A stretch of 64,000 nucleotides of DNA from Spirochaetota bacterium. GTDB lineage: Bacteria > Spirochaetota > UBA4802 > JAFGDQ01. The translations under genes were made by a program, and so were the position numbers. The stretch spans positions 1 through 64,000 of the forward strand of contig JAZDKB010000004.1 in the NCBI GenBank assembly GCA_043803405.1, read 5' to 3'. The notes under the pieces were generated by a model that saw only the letters and a list, made by a program, of their open reading frames with translations, was not told the origin of the DNA and searched no databases. Shown piece after piece: positions 47,042 to 58,569 of the stretch (position 1 is its first letter; every line of letters begins with the position of its first letter).

Positions 47042-48804
47042 ATTCGCTTAAACACCTTTTCCAGATCGTTTTTTTCGAGCCTGTACATATAAGGCCGACC
47101 GTGCGGGCATCTCTTGTCGTACTCTCCGCTCAGGGCGCGTGTCGTTATGAGCTCCGCGTCTTCAGCAGTAAGGTCGTCGCCTGAGCGCTTTGCCGAACGG
47201 CATGCGGCCTTTTCTGCAATCGCTTTTTTTACATCGAGTATATGATCCGCGTCGTTCCTTAACGCCTCTATTATATCAGCGAAAAAGCCCTCAATGTCAA
47301 GGTCTTTTGCAATTGCCGGTATGCCGCGTACTACAATTGAGTTATCGGAAAAAATATCTGCATCGAATGCACAATCAATAAAATAATCTTTTTTATCAAG
47401 AAATATTTGGTAATCTTCAATAGATAGTTCAATTATAATCGGGAATATCAGGTTTTGTGTTTCCTGCTGTTGCCCGGCATTTAAAAGCCGGTCATATAAA
47501 TAGCGTTCATGAGCCGCGTGAAAGTCGATAAAAACCAGGGCAATATCATACTCAATTACAATATAAGTCCCGAAAATAATTCCTAAATATTTAAAGTCAT
47601 GCGGTTCGCTCACAGCCCTGTATAGCATCTCTGCTTCCTTAATTAGCGATCCGGGCGATTGAAAAAATTTATATGCTTCAGTCTTTGGGCCGGTATGTGT
47701 GCGGCGCGGCAATGTGTCGTAATTAAAATCGAATCTGCCCGGAGAATAATTTGCCTCCGCGTGCGGTAAAACATTTCCGATAGCCTGTCTTTGTGCGTCT
47801 ATATGCCCAATGTCCAGCCTATGCTCTTTGCTTAGCGCTTTTTCCCCAAGCCGCATTATGAGACTGTTGATGTAATTCTGGTCAAAGAACCTGATTTCTT
47901 TTTTCGCAGGATGGATGTTCACGTCGATCAGCTCGGGATCGATATTTATAAATATGATGGCAGCCGGATGGCTTCCCCTTGGAGCTATTGCATCGTAAGT
48001 TTTCGATAACAGAAAACCGAGGTATTTATATTCAACAGGCCTGCCGTTGACGTACAGAGCCTGCATTGAGCGGGATGACTTTAAAAAACCGGGCTTTGAA
48101 AAGAAGCCAGATATCCCGGCTTTGTCTTTTAGCGTTTCAAAGTTTAAAGAATCCAGCGCGGATTTCCCATAAACCTGCCCGATCCTTTCTTCCAGTTTGT
48201 CCGTTTTCGCAAGCGTGATGACGCGCTTGCCTTCAATGCTGAGCGTAAAGCTTATATCCGGTTTAGAAAGAGCCGTTCTCAAAAATGCTTCCCGGATCTT
48301 TCTTACTTCCGCGCTTTTTGATTTAAGGAATTTTTTTCTTGCTGGAATATTGTAAAAAAGATTTTCAATGATAATAGCTGTGCCTGCTGAACCCGCGTAA
48401 TCGGAAATTTCAGTGCTGTCGTTTGTGCTCACAAGCTTTGCGCCCATTTCCTCTTCTGTAGAGCGGCTGATTATTGTGAGTTTCGAAATAGATGATATGC
48501 TCGCGAGCGCTTCGCCTCTGAAACCGAAAGAGCCTATCATTTCAATATCCGAAATATCCCTGATCTTACTTGTAGCGTGATTCTGCACCGCAAGCGGAAG
48601 ATCGTCCCTGTAAATGCCTTTGCCGTTATCCTTAACTATGATCTTTTTGAGGCCGCTGTCGAATACCTCGACATCTATTTCAGTTGCTTCCGCGTCAATC
48701 GAGTTCTCCAGCAGCTCCTTTACTACGGAGAAGGGGCCTTCCACCACTTCGCCTGCTGCGATCTTGTTTTTAACGGATTCCGGGAGTATCTGTATTCTTG
48801 GCAT
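47038..48804 (-). CDS. mutL: DNA mismatch repair endonuclease MutL
   Basis: IAAGEVVE, GFRGEAL, DVNIHPAK, DFHAAHER and CPHGRP motifs. Confidence 0.96.
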   Translation of the reverse strand: MPRIQILPESVKNKIAAGEVVEGPFSVVKELLENSIDAEATEIDVEVFDSGLKKIIVKDNGKGIYRDDLPLAVQNHATSKIRDISDIEMIGSFGFRGEALASISSISKLTIISRSTEEEMGAKLVSTNDSTEISDYAGSAGTAIIIENLFYNIPARKKFLKSKSAEVRKIREAFLRTALSKPDISFTLSIEGKRVITLAKTDKLEERIGQVYGKSALDSLNFETLKDKAGISGFFSKPGFLKSSRSMQALYVNGRPVEYKYLGFLLSKTYDAIAPRGSHPAAIIFINIDPELIDVNIHPAKKEIRFFDQNYINSLIMRLGEKALSKEHRLDIGHIDAQRQAIGNVLPHAEANYSPGRFDFNYDTLPRRTHTGPKTEAYKFFQSPGSLIKEAEMLYRAVSEPHDFKYLGIIFGTYIVIEYDIALVFIDFHAAHERYLYDRLLNAGQQQETQNLIFPIIIELSIEDYQIFLDKKDYFIDCAFDADIFSDNSIVVRGIPAIAKDLDIEGFFADIIEALRNDADHILDVKKAIAEKAACRSAKRSGDDLTAEDAELITTRALSGEYDKRCPHGRPYMYRLEKNDLEKVFKRI

Positions 48805-48887
48805 GTTTAAATTGTCAGGCGGAAATATATTAGTGTCAACAATATTAAGTCCTGATTTTGGCAGTAACGGAGGCTGAATTTAATTAT

Positions 48888-49634
48888 TTATTTGCTTTCG
48901 ACATGCCGCAAAAGTTCAGGCAATGTTTTTCCAAGAAGACCTTCAATAAAAATATCCGTGATCGAATCTGTAAGGGCGGTCTTTTCGAGGTTCATTTCAA
49001 TTATAGTGGCGCCGTTTTCCTTGGCCTTATATGGAATGGAAGCGGCAGGGAAAACCTGCGCCGATGTACCTATTACCATAACGGCATCCGCAATATCTGC
49101 AAGCCGCATTGATTCCATCAGGGCATTATGAGGAATATTCTCGCCGAAAAAAATAACAGTAGGTTTTAGTATGCTGCCGCATTCTTTGCATCTCGGCGGA
49201 GCGCATTTCTCAATACGGAACTGTTCTGCGGAAAAGGTCATTCCGCAATCAAGGCATTTTAAATTCCTGCTGTTACCGTGAAATTCAATGACGTGTTTGC
49301 TCCCGGCCGCCTGGTGCAGATTATCGATATTTTGCGTAATGACAGCCTTTAAAATGCCGATCTCCTCCAGCCTTGCGAGTGCAATATGCCCTGCGTTTGG
49401 TTTTGCCTTTCCTGTAAGCTCCTGCATCTCGGCAAGCATTTCCCATGTTTTTTCCGGATGCATACGGAACATTTCAATATGAGCATATATGGCCGGATCG
49501 TATTTTGTCCATAGCCCGTCCTTGCCCCGAAAGTCTGGGATACCGCTTTCAACCGAGTGACCGGCTCCCGAAAGAGCGATAAGGTTTTTTGATTTCTTTA
49601 TTATTTCCGCAGCTTCGCGGTAATTGTTTTCCAT
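48888..49634 (-). CDS. cobB: NAD-dependent protein deacylase (Sir2 family)
   Basis: GAG.S.ESGIPDFRG, TQNIDNLH, HG, two CxxC motifs and GTS. Confidence 0.93.
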   Translation of the reverse strand: MENNYREAAEIIKKSKNLIALSGAGHSVESGIPDFRGKDGLWTKYDPAIYAHIEMFRMHPEKTWEMLAEMQELTGKAKPNAGHIALARLEEIGILKAVITQNIDNLHQAAGSKHVIEFHGNSRNLKCLDCGMTFSAEQFRIEKCAPPRCKECGSILKPTVIFFGENIPHNALMESMRLADIADAVMVIGTSAQVFPAASIPYKAKENGATIIEMNLEKTALTDSITDIFIEGLLGKTLPELLRHVESK

Positions 49635-49771
49635 GGTTTTGATTCCCGCTGTTTTAATTGTGTTTTTAGTTAATGGTTTTTCATTATGGAGAGAAGCTAA
49701 AAAGAAATATAAATTGCATTTCTATAATATTAAACTAAAATATAACCGCTGTGTCAAGTATTTCGCTTATC

Positions 49772-51901
49772 TTACCATAATTTAAAATCGGTTTTCAGAT
49801 CTGCGGAAATGAGAGTCTGATTATTTTCGTACTTGTCATCAAATTCGCCTGAATAATAATAGAACCATCGGTATTTTAATGAAATGCTGAGGAATTGATT
49901 AACAGATGCAGAAAGGCTGTTTTGTATTTCATTCCTGATATGCCTCTTTGATTTCTCGTGAGATTTAGCCGAGATGAATGAATCGATATTTAAGCCGTAT
50001 GTGAAATAATTAAAAAATACAAGCTTGTACCCGATAAGCGTCTCAATGCCGTAAACGGTTCTTTGTACAGGATCGTGCACATTTTTTTCAAAGCCCAGGC
50101 CAAGTTTAACCTGAAGGCTGTCGGTAATTGCGTTTATTCCTGCTGTTTCGCGGATAAGTACAGGACGAAGTCCATCTGTGCTTTTAATTACGGATTCCGC
50201 CTGGGATTTCTGATATGGTTTTATAGTGTCATAAAAATTCAGATTATAAGTAAATGTACCGCGCAGAAGGTTGTTGAGATATTCTTCATCCTGACGCTCA
50301 TAAAACATATACGGCGAAAAGATGAACTGGTGATACCTGTTGTATATTGTTAAATCGATTTTGTTTTCCATCCCCCATCGTTTATAGCTTTCGTCAGCCT
50401 GCCCTACAGGAGTCTCAATGTTATCGCTACGCTTAACTTTGTTGTTTTCAAAAAAATTTGAAAGATAAAAATCTACTGTTGCCCTGAATGACCTGTTCAA
50501 ATAACTGAAATCGTGTTTAAAGATAATTTGTTTTTCTTTGATATCCGAAAGGACTGCATCAGTAACATTTGTCCACGTGTTTTGATATGGAATGTTTTTT
50601 TCCAGGATCTGCTCAATCTTTTCAAAAGCCGGCTGTGTTGCTGCTATGCGGTATGCGCGTGTGTTGTTTATCTGGTAGCCCTGTATCTTTCCGTCTTTAA
50701 CGCCTTCGATTATTATATTATCATCTTTTCCGATAATGTTTTTAATATCAATGCCGTTTAAATTGAAGATAAATATATTATAATCGGAATTTACGGCGCG
50801 AAGCAAATCAGGGTATTTAATATCGCCGTTAAATGAGGATTCCAGTATAGTGTTCCTGTCAATTGCCGAGAGTTCTGTATTGAATCTGTCCCTGAGCAAC
50901 CCGGCAAGTTTAGTGTCATTGATCAGTAATTTTTTATCATCCAGATGAAGAATTACAGACTCATTATCCGCTGCAAACATTTTTTTCCATAGAGCAAGAC
51001 GGCTTTTAAATTCCGAATATTCGTATGAATTTAACGCGACCGGCGCAGGGGTTATCTGCCGCATTCCAGTCACTGAAATATTCGCATCAAGCCGGAGGCT
51101 GAGCGAATAGAATGCATCACCTCCCGGAAGCAGCAGAACCGTTCTTCCATCCGCGAGATCAATCCGCGACGCCTTGTCCGAAAACAGATCGCCGGTGTTG
51201 TCGCCGCCGCAGAGCGCGAGCTGTACCTGTTTATGCTGAGTGAGAAGCGATATCGTATCCTTTATGCTTAAACCTGAAAGCAGCACAATATGCCGCACTC
51301 CAAGGCTTTCGAGCGCTTTTATATTTTCGTTTAAAGTTTCGCTTTCGTTTCTCAACCGGATTTTATACAGATTTTTTTCCGCTATATCGAAATATATCTT
51401 TTTTGATGATATGGCTGTGAAGGCTACGGGTCTATTTCCCTTCTTGCGGATGATGTACGGCGAAAACAGATTTTTTTTCTTCTTTGTGATGTTAGCAGAC
51501 AGAAGCTCGGTATTTTTCCCAGAACTCAAGAACTGGAGATTGTCGATGCCAATGCGCAAATCATTAGAAGATATTAGAACAGCGTCGCATGAAAAGAAAT
51601 TAAAAAAATCCATCATTACTGAACCGTAGCTGAATTTGGAAAGCAGCCCGGGATAAAATGCGTTTCCCATGTCAATATAGATATCAGCTTTACGGGCTTT
51701 ACGTTCAGCAAGGATACTTTGCGCAAGCACGAGCATCGGATCTTCTTCATTATCCGATCCGTTTAGTGAAAATTTTCCGCCCAGATTGGATGTGACAATG
51801 ATAGAGACCTCTTCTTCGGCGTGTAGAGGAAAAATCAAAAAGAAAGCCGCAGTATTTATGACAAATAAAAATGTTAAAAGCCTTAAGATATTTCTCATCA
51901 T
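49772..51901 (-). CDS. Exported protein: degenerate 5'-nucleotidase-like domain plus a probable C-terminal outer-membrane beta-barrel
   Basis: TSNLGG, IDMGNAF, LLSANI and LCGGD follow the 5'-nucleotidase layout; the C-terminal third has aromatic-rich amphipathic strands and ends DFKLW. Confidence 0.55.
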   Translation of the reverse strand: MMRNILRLLTFLFVINTAAFFLIFPLHAEEEVSIIVTSNLGGKFSLNGSDNEEDPMLVLAQSILAERKARKADIYIDMGNAFYPGLLSKFSYGSVMMDFFNFFSCDAVLISSNDLRIGIDNLQFLSSGKNTELLSANITKKKKNLFSPYIIRKKGNRPVAFTAISSKKIYFDIAEKNLYKIRLRNESETLNENIKALESLGVRHIVLLSGLSIKDTISLLTQHKQVQLALCGGDNTGDLFSDKASRIDLADGRTVLLLPGGDAFYSLSLRLDANISVTGMRQITPAPVALNSYEYSEFKSRLALWKKMFAADNESVILHLDDKKLLINDTKLAGLLRDRFNTELSAIDRNTILESSFNGDIKYPDLLRAVNSDYNIFIFNLNGIDIKNIIGKDDNIIIEGVKDGKIQGYQINNTRAYRIAATQPAFEKIEQILEKNIPYQNTWTNVTDAVLSDIKEKQIIFKHDFSYLNRSFRATVDFYLSNFFENNKVKRSDNIETPVGQADESYKRWGMENKIDLTIYNRYHQFIFSPYMFYERQDEEYLNNLLRGTFTYNLNFYDTIKPYQKSQAESVIKSTDGLRPVLIRETAGINAITDSLQVKLGLGFEKNVHDPVQRTVYGIETLIGYKLVFFNYFTYGLNIDSFISAKSHEKSKRHIRNEIQNSLSASVNQFLSISLKYRWFYYYSGEFDDKYENNQTLISADLKTDFKLW

Positions 51902-51916
51902 AATGGTATGATTATT

Positions 51917-52630
51917 TTAGGGAGCATTGTTTGTTTTATCGGGTGCGGATTCTGCAGACTTGATTTTCTCTTTAAGATTTGTATATTCTTTTTCAAGAAC
52001 CTGCATGGCTTTTTCTTTATCGGCAAGCGACTTCCCGGATTCATGGATCTTAACCGAGAGCTCGCTGTTCCCGATCTTTAATGAGGCAATATCCGATTCC
52101 TTTTCAAGCATGATTTTCTTCAGCTCTTCGATTTGCCTGGATAAAGCAAGTTCTTTCTGCAGGTTTTCATTGCGCAGTATTTCACGTTCTTTGCTGAACG
52201 CGTCCTGCTGGATTTTTATCGCGTTATTCAGCTGTTTTATTTCGAACGTAAGTTTTGTTTCTATATTTTTATTAAGTGTTGCTAATTCATGAATTTTGGC
52301 AGCGCTCTCCTTTCCCATTTTTTCGGCCTTCATCTCCAGATTTTTATACTGGCTTTCGCGGAGCGTAATATCCTTCTGATATTTATCTTTAGAGGAATGC
52401 ATATCCGATGCGAGCTTTTCTATTTTCGCGTTAAGCTGCTGTACCTCTTTTTTTGTCTGTAAATTTTCCTCTTTTAATACTGAATTTTCTCTCTGAAGCA
52501 AAGCGAGCCGGTTTTTCATCAGGCTGTTTTCCGCGCGAAGCTGCTCATTAAGATCCTGATATTTGGAAACGTTTATTGTTGTGCAGGAGAGCGAGCAAAC
52601 TATGAAAAATAAGAAAATTTTTTTATACAT
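51917..52630 (-). CDS. Coiled-coil lipoprotein
   Basis: Lipobox-like SLSC followed by long heptad-rich helices. Confidence 0.7.
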   Translation of the reverse strand: MYKKIFLFFIVCSLSCTTINVSKYQDLNEQLRAENSLMKNRLALLQRENSVLKEENLQTKKEVQQLNAKIEKLASDMHSSKDKYQKDITLRESQYKNLEMKAEKMGKESAAKIHELATLNKNIETKLTFEIKQLNNAIKIQQDAFSKEREILRNENLQKELALSRQIEELKKIMLEKESDIASLKIGNSELSVKIHESGKSLADKEKAMQVLEKEYTNLKEKIKSAESAPDKTNNAP

Positions 52631-52829
52631 AGGACATTACCATCTGAGTAAATAATATTTTGATTATTGCTTTAAGAGTTGATCCTATCTAAGTTACCTG
52701 TTGGGAAAATAAATTCAAGAAGATTTTAATATTTACTGGAAAATTGGACCTTTATAAAAAATTCCGATTTAAGAGTTGCAATTTTAAAATTCTGAATTAA
52801 ATATAGAGCAATAATGAGAACATCATTAA

Positions 52830-52905
52830 GAGTGCGTCCCAAAACTTATATATCGCTTATTATTGTCTCCTTTTACAATATCACAATAGGTTTTGGGACG
52901 CACCC
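52830..52905. mobile_element. Internally deleted, inverted copy of the 15710-15885 MITE
   Basis: GAGTGCGTCCCAAAAC... and ...ATAGGTTTTGGGACGCACCC ends; TAA/AAA flanks. Confidence 0.8.
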
Positions 52906-52953
52906 AAAGTAATATTTTTTCATATTTAAAACAAAAACAATTGGGGGATATTT

Positions 52954-54291
52954 ATGCTTAATTTTTTACTTACACCTGAACAGGAAAAACTTAGAGAAGA
53001 AGCCCGGCAGTTTGCGATAAATGTAGTATTGCCTGTAGCTTCTTATTATGATGAAATAGATGAAATTCCCATGCCTGTAATTAAAAAAGCAATTGAAGCA
53101 GGAATTATGAACGCGGATATTCCGAAAGAATACGGCGGGAAAGGTTACGGGCTTATTGAAGCTGCAATTATGACTGAGGAAATTGCAGCTGCTTGTCCCG
53201 GGATTGCAACATCGATTTTTGACAATTCGCTTGGCATGGAGCCGGTTTTGCTGTGCGGAAACGAACAGGCAAAGAAAAAGTATCTCCCAAAAATTTCAAA
53301 AGAGGGTAAGATGATTTGCTTTGCAACATCCGAACCGACCATGGGGTCCGATGTAGCAGGTATAAGATGCAACGCGAAACAGGACGGGGATGATTTTATA
53401 ATTAACGGCACAAAATACTGGATCACGAACGGCGGCATTGCGGATTACATGAGCGTGTTCGCAACCGTTGATCCTAAAGCCGGACATAGCGGCATTTGCG
53501 CGTTCCTTATAGAGAGAGACCAGGAAGGCGTTTCAGTAGGCAAAGCAATACCCAAGATGGGGCAGAGATGCTCCAACACTGTGGGGCTGAATTTTAGAAA
53601 TGTTAGAGTGCACAAAGAAAACATACTGGCGCTCCCCGGGCAGGGTTTTGTTCTGGCAATGAAGACGTTCTCAAGAACAAGGCCGATCATAGGCGCATTC
53701 GCAGTCGGAGCTGCAAGGGCTGCAATGGAATACGCTATCGAATACACTAAGAAAAGAAAAGCATTCGGCATGCCTTTAATGGGACATGAAGCGATCCAGT
53801 TTAAGCTCGCTGAGATGTATCAGAAGATTGAGACATCCAGGCTTATAAGCTGGAAAGCGGCGTGGGAAGCGGATAATAATATCGATCCCACGATCAACGC
53901 ATCTATAGCAAAGTTTTATGCAAGTGAATGCGCGCTTGAAGTCATTAATGAAGCAATGCAGATCTTCGGCGGATACGGGTACACGAAGATGTTCCCTGTG
54001 GAAAAGCTGCTGCGCGATGTGCGGCTTCTCAGGATATATGAAGGCACCAGCGAGGTTCAGCGTTTAATAGTGGCGGAGTATCTGCTGTCGAAATACAAAC
54101 CGGCAATGCCTTCCCTGGAAAATTTTCCTATGCACAGGACAATGGATCCCTTGTCCGACGGATTCGGCCAAGGAAGCAAAACAGCATGGAGATGCACTAT
54201 GTGCGGGCACGTACATTACGGCGATGAAGCGCCGGATCACTGTCCGTATTGCTTTTTCCCTGCAGGCGCCTTTAAAAAAGTCGGCGGATAA
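52954..54291 (+). CDS. Acyl-CoA dehydrogenase with a C-terminal rubredoxin-like domain
   Basis: SEPTMGSDV, INGTKYWITNG, FGGYGY and IYEGTSEVQR motifs; tail WRCTMCG...APDHCPYC. Confidence 0.9.
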   Translation: MLNFLLTPEQEKLREEARQFAINVVLPVASYYDEIDEIPMPVIKKAIEAGIMNADIPKEYGGKGYGLIEAAIMTEEIAAACPGIATSIFDNSLGMEPVLLCGNEQAKKKYLPKISKEGKMICFATSEPTMGSDVAGIRCNAKQDGDDFIINGTKYWITNGGIADYMSVFATVDPKAGHSGICAFLIERDQEGVSVGKAIPKMGQRCSNTVGLNFRNVRVHKENILALPGQGFVLAMKTFSRTRPIIGAFAVGAARAAMEYAIEYTKKRKAFGMPLMGHEAIQFKLAEMYQKIETSRLISWKAAWEADNNIDPTINASIAKFYASECALEVINEAMQIFGGYGYTKMFPVEKLLRDVRLLRIYEGTSEVQRLIVAEYLLSKYKPAMPSLENFPMHRTMDPLSDGFGQGSKTAWRCTMCGHVHYGDEAPDHCPYCFFPAGAFKKVGG

Positions 54292-54464
54292 GTATTCGCC
54301 GATCGGTTCTATGAAAAGTAAGTCGGAATAACTCTCAATACTCCTGGGGGATTACTTGACAAATAGAATTTACTAATGTAATAATTATTATTATTTCTAT
54401 ACACAACTCTGAGATATATAGATTTTAGGACGTACTTTTCAAAATAACAAGGGGAGAGGAAATT

Positions 54465-54884
54465 ATGAAACTGGCACAGGATTATATAAAAAAAATAGAA
54501 AAGCAACTTGCGGAATTTGGGAAAAAGATTGATGAACTAAACTTAAAAGATAAAGCAGAAGTTAAATCTAAATTAAATGAAAATAAGGATGTGCTGTTTG
54601 CCAGGCTGGATGAATCTTTAAAGAAAGTCAGTCAGAATATTGATTCACATCTAAATGAATGGGAAACAAAAATAGGAAAACTTAAGGGTAAGGGGAAAGA
54701 AGAGGCAAAGAAGGAGTATGAAGATATAATTAAAAATATAGGGCCGAGAGTTGATGAATTCAATTCCAGGCTTCAGGATCTGAAAAAGTCGGGTGGCAGT
54801 GCATGGAATGAACTGAAGACCGGCGGTGTAGCAGCGTGGAAAGTACTGAAGGATTCAATTAAAAAAGCTAAAGACAAATTTTAA
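54465..54884 (+). CDS. Hypothetical helical protein
   Basis: Lys/Glu-rich helices, AWNELKTG..AW near the C-terminus, good RBS. Confidence 0.7.
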   Translation: MKLAQDYIKKIEKQLAEFGKKIDELNLKDKAEVKSKLNENKDVLFARLDESLKKVSQNIDSHLNEWETKIGKLKGKGKEEAKKEYEDIIKNIGPRVDEFNSRLQDLKKSGGSAWNELKTGGVAAWKVLKDSIKKAKDKF

Positions 54885-55042
54885 AAATTATTAATATTGT
54901 TATCAGGAAAACTGGCATCCCTGACTGTCAAATTTATCCGATATGTAGAAGTTCTCCGAAATTACATTGGGCTTCTTTCTTAAAGGAATTCGATATTTTC
55001 TGTAAGAATTAGTCTATTAAATATTAGCTTTAAGTTTTTGTA

Positions 55043-56803
55043 TCAGAAAAGTCCTGTTATCTTTCCTGTGTTTACATCCACGTCAATTTTTCTGAAAGCA
55101 GGATCTGAGCTTGTTCCGGGCATCAGGCTTATGTTGCCTGTTACAGGGCACAAAAATTTTGCTCCGTCATAAACCAGTATGTCCCTCACAGGCAGTATCC
55201 ATCCTTTGGGAACCCCTTTTATTTCAGGTTCATGCGATAAACTCAAATGCGTTTTTACCATCATTGTATAATAATCTTTTTTAGCAGGGTCTGCTTCAAG
55301 CTTTTTAAGCTTAGCTTCAGCCTCAGGTATCCATAGAACGCCTTCAGCTCCGTATATTTTTTTTGCTATAAGTTCAACCCTTTCCTTTAGAGGCATATCC
55401 ATCGGATAAAGGAATTTAAAGTCTGTTTTTTCATTGCATGCATCTATTACTGCATCTGCAAGCTCCAGTGCGCCTTCTCCGCCCTTAAGCCAGTGCTCGG
55501 AAAACGCGACGCGCGCTCCTGCTCTTTCCGCTTCCCTGCGCACCATAGCGATCTCTTCTTTAGTGTCAGTAGCAAAAGCATTTATACATACAACCGGCTT
55601 CATGCCGGAAAGCTTAACAATGTTAATATGATGAAGCAGGTTCGGTATACCTTTTTCCAGCAGTCCCAGGTTCTCTTTTTTATATTCATCCGGAAGATGC
55701 AGACCCGGAGCTACCCTTGGCCCGCCGCCGTGCATCTTGAGCGCCCTGATCGTTGTTGTGATGACTGCCACGTGCGGATTTTTGCCGCTTATCCTGCACT
55801 TTACGTTCCAGAATTTTTCGAACCCGATATCCGCGGCAAACCCGCTCTCTGTAACATGATAGTCAAAAAGCTTGAGCCCCAGCCTGTCGGCAATTATGGA
55901 CGACTGTCCAATGGCGATATTGGCAAACGGCCCTGCGTGTATCATTACAGGCTGTCCCTCAACAGTCTGAAGCAGGGTCGGATTTATGCTGCTCCTCATA
56001 AAGGCGCACATCGCTCCTGCCACTTCAAGATCTTCGGTTGTAATGCGCTGCCCGTATTTTGAATACGCTACAGTCATGTTGCCTATCCTGTCGCGCATGT
56101 CCTTTAGATCTTTTGCGATTGATAGTATCGCCATTATCTCGGAGCTTACGGCAATGTCAAAACGGGATTCTACCATGTACCCGTCCATTTTGCCGCCAAG
56201 TCCTATTATGATATTACGCAGACTCTGTGCGCAGAAATCCATTACCCATCCTATCTTAATGTTCTTCGGATCAATATCGAGCCGCCTTAAATAGCGTTTC
56301 GCAAGCTCGTCATCCCCGTAATTTCTTTCATGCTGCATTCTCGCGGTAAGGGCGACCATTGCCAGGTTGTGCGCGTTCATAACAGCGTTAATGTCGCCGG
56401 TAAGCCCAAGCGAGAATTCGCTTAGCGGAATTACCTGCGCGTTTCCTCCGCCGGACGCGCTGCCCTTTACATTCATAGTTGGCCCCGTAGACGGCTGCCT
56501 GATAGCACCCCCTACATTTTTCCCTCTCTTTCCAAGCCCTTCAATTAAACCGATAGTTGTTGTTGTCTTGCCTTCGCCCAAAGGAGTCGGAGTAATTGCC
56601 GTAATATCTATATAGTTACCGTCTTCGTTACCGCTTACTTTTTCCAGAGCCCTGGCGAAGTCGATTCTTCCAAGCCTGCCAGAGGGAAGCATGTCCTCTT
56701 TGTCGAGCCCAAGTTCCTCCTGAAGCTGCCACAGGGACTTCATTTTTTCTTCGGCAAATTCGGATATCTGCCAGTCCGTTATTTTCGTTGGATCGTAATA
56801 CAT
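55043..56803 (-). CDS. fhs: Formate--tetrahydrofolate ligase
   Basis: [34 protein letters not shown] and ALKMHGG motifs. Confidence 0.96.
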   Translation of the reverse strand: MYYDPTKITDWQISEFAEEKMKSLWQLQEELGLDKEDMLPSGRLGRIDFARALEKVSGNEDGNYIDITAITPTPLGEGKTTTTIGLIEGLGKRGKNVGGAIRQPSTGPTMNVKGSASGGGNAQVIPLSEFSLGLTGDINAVMNAHNLAMVALTARMQHERNYGDDELAKRYLRRLDIDPKNIKIGWVMDFCAQSLRNIIIGLGGKMDGYMVESRFDIAVSSEIMAILSIAKDLKDMRDRIGNMTVAYSKYGQRITTEDLEVAGAMCAFMRSSINPTLLQTVEGQPVMIHAGPFANIAIGQSSIIADRLGLKLFDYHVTESGFAADIGFEKFWNVKCRISGKNPHVAVITTTIRALKMHGGGPRVAPGLHLPDEYKKENLGLLEKGIPNLLHHINIVKLSGMKPVVCINAFATDTKEEIAMVRREAERAGARVAFSEHWLKGGEGALELADAVIDACNEKTDFKFLYPMDMPLKERVELIAKKIYGAEGVLWIPEAEAKLKKLEADPAKKDYYTMMVKTHLSLSHEPEIKGVPKGWILPVRDILVYDGAKFLCPVTGNISLMPGTSSDPAFRKIDVDVNTGKITGLF

Positions 56804-57283
56804 AAATACTCCTTAGTTCAGACAAAACACTGACATTGTAAGAGATTTGATAAACATCTTCGTATGTAATAGTACATTTGTAAAAAGTTCAGTTAAGTAT
56901 TAATATTTAAAATGTCGGTAAAATAATGGATAAAATGATACAGACATTTAGTCCCGTCATCTTTTTTTTATTTTGATTGTAAAATATTCGCGCCTGTATT
57001 GAATTAAAAAGCTGATGTGTTCAGGACAAACAAATCGAATATCCTGCCGAAACCGTTTTTAATAGTTTTATACATGATTATATAAGTCACTTGACTAAAC
57101 TAAATAATTGTAAAAAAAATGCTGTAAAATAAAAGGATGATTAATTATACCAGATATTTATTAATTATTTGCAGTTATTAAAATAACGATTTATAATATG
57201 CTTGCCGCATTTTTCGGAAATTATAATATCGTAAAACCGTTTTCGCAGCAAATCGGATTATTATATTTATAAAAGAGCGGGCT

Positions 57284-57667
57284 ATGATAGAATTGAATTT
57301 CAGGAAAATGAACGGGCTGGTCCCTGCAATTGCACAGGATGAAAAAACAGGCGAAGTCCTCATGATGGCCTATATGAATAAGGAATCATGGGAGCTTACA
57401 ATAGAAACAGGCATTGTGCATTACTGGAGCAGATCAAGAAACGAACTATGGAAAAAAGGAGAAACATCCGGCAACATACAGAAGGTAAAGGAAATCAGAG
57501 TCGATTGCGACGACGATACAGTCCTTCTGAAAGTTGAGCAGGTAGGAGGAGCCGCCTGCCACACCGGATACAGGAGCTGTTTTTACAGGGTCGTTAATAA
57601 CGGCGGGCTTAAAATTGACGGAGAAAAGATTTTTGACCCGGATAAAGTCTACGGAGACCATAAATGA
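57284..57667 (+). CDS. hisI: Phosphoribosyl-AMP cyclohydrolase
   Basis: YWSRSR..LW.KGETSG, DCDDD and ACHTG..SCF motifs. Confidence 0.96.
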   Translation: MIELNFRKMNGLVPAIAQDEKTGEVLMMAYMNKESWELTIETGIVHYWSRSRNELWKKGETSGNIQKVKEIRVDCDDDTVLLKVEQVGGAACHTGYRSCFYRVVNNGGLKIDGEKIFDPDKVYGDHK

Positions 57668-58545
57668 AAGAGAAACTCAAGCTTGGAATTCCAAAGGGAA
57701 GCCTGGAAAAGCCTACTATAGAATTATTTAAAAATGCAGGATGGCGGATTTCCGTGTCATCTAGAAATTATTATCCTTCAATAGACGATGATGAAATATC
57801 GTGCTCGCTTATCAGGGCGCAGGAAATGGCCAGGTACATTGAAAGCGGCGTGCTCGACGTTGGCCTTACAGGGCTTGACTGGATTCTTGAGAATGAATCC
57901 GATGTCGAGTATATATGCGACCTCATCTATTCAAAGGTTAGTACAGAGAAAGCGAAATGGGTGCTGGCCGTTCCCGAAAGATCGGACATCCGGTCTATTG
58001 AGGACTGCGCAGGGAAAGTCATTTCAACCGAACTTGTAAATTTTACAAAACGCTATTTTAAAGAACGGAATATTCCTGTTGATGTGGAATTTTCATGGGG
58101 AGCCACGGAAGCAAAAGTAGTCGAAGGCCTGGTGGACGCAATAGTCGAAGTAACCGAGACAGGCTCTACCATAAAGGCGCACGGCTTAAAGATAATTCAT
58201 ACTTTTCTTGAAACAAATACCAAGCTGATCGCAAACCGCAAAAGTCTTGCGGACCCGGATAAAAAAAGGAAAATTCAGCAAATATCGCTTCTACTTAAAG
58301 GCGCCCTGAACGCGGATACTCTTGTAGGATTAAAAATGAATGTCCCGAAAGACAGCATTGGGTCTATCGTAAAGATATTGCCCAGCATTACAGCGCCTAC
58401 TGTATCGGAGTTATACAATGCAAAATGGTTCTCCGTAGAAACAGTTATAAGCGAAAAACTGGTCAGGGAACTAATCCCGCTTTTAATAAATGAAGGAGCT
58501 GACGGTATAATAGAATACCCGCTTAACAAGGTCGTTAATAAATAA
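57664..58545 (+). CDS. hisG: ATP phosphoribosyltransferase (long form)
   Basis: [21 protein letters not shown] and a C-terminal regulatory domain. Confidence 0.96.
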   Translation: MKEKLKLGIPKGSLEKPTIELFKNAGWRISVSSRNYYPSIDDDEISCSLIRAQEMARYIESGVLDVGLTGLDWILENESDVEYICDLIYSKVSTEKAKWVLAVPERSDIRSIEDCAGKVISTELVNFTKRYFKERNIPVDVEFSWGATEAKVVEGLVDAIVEVTETGSTIKAHGLKIIHTFLETNTKLIANRKSLADPDKKRKIQQISLLLKGALNADTLVGLKMNVPKDSIGSIVKILPSITAPTVSELYNAKWFSVETVISEKLVRELIPLLINEGADGIIEYPLNKVVNK

Positions 58546-58569
58546 TATTATATTATTAAGGAACAACTT

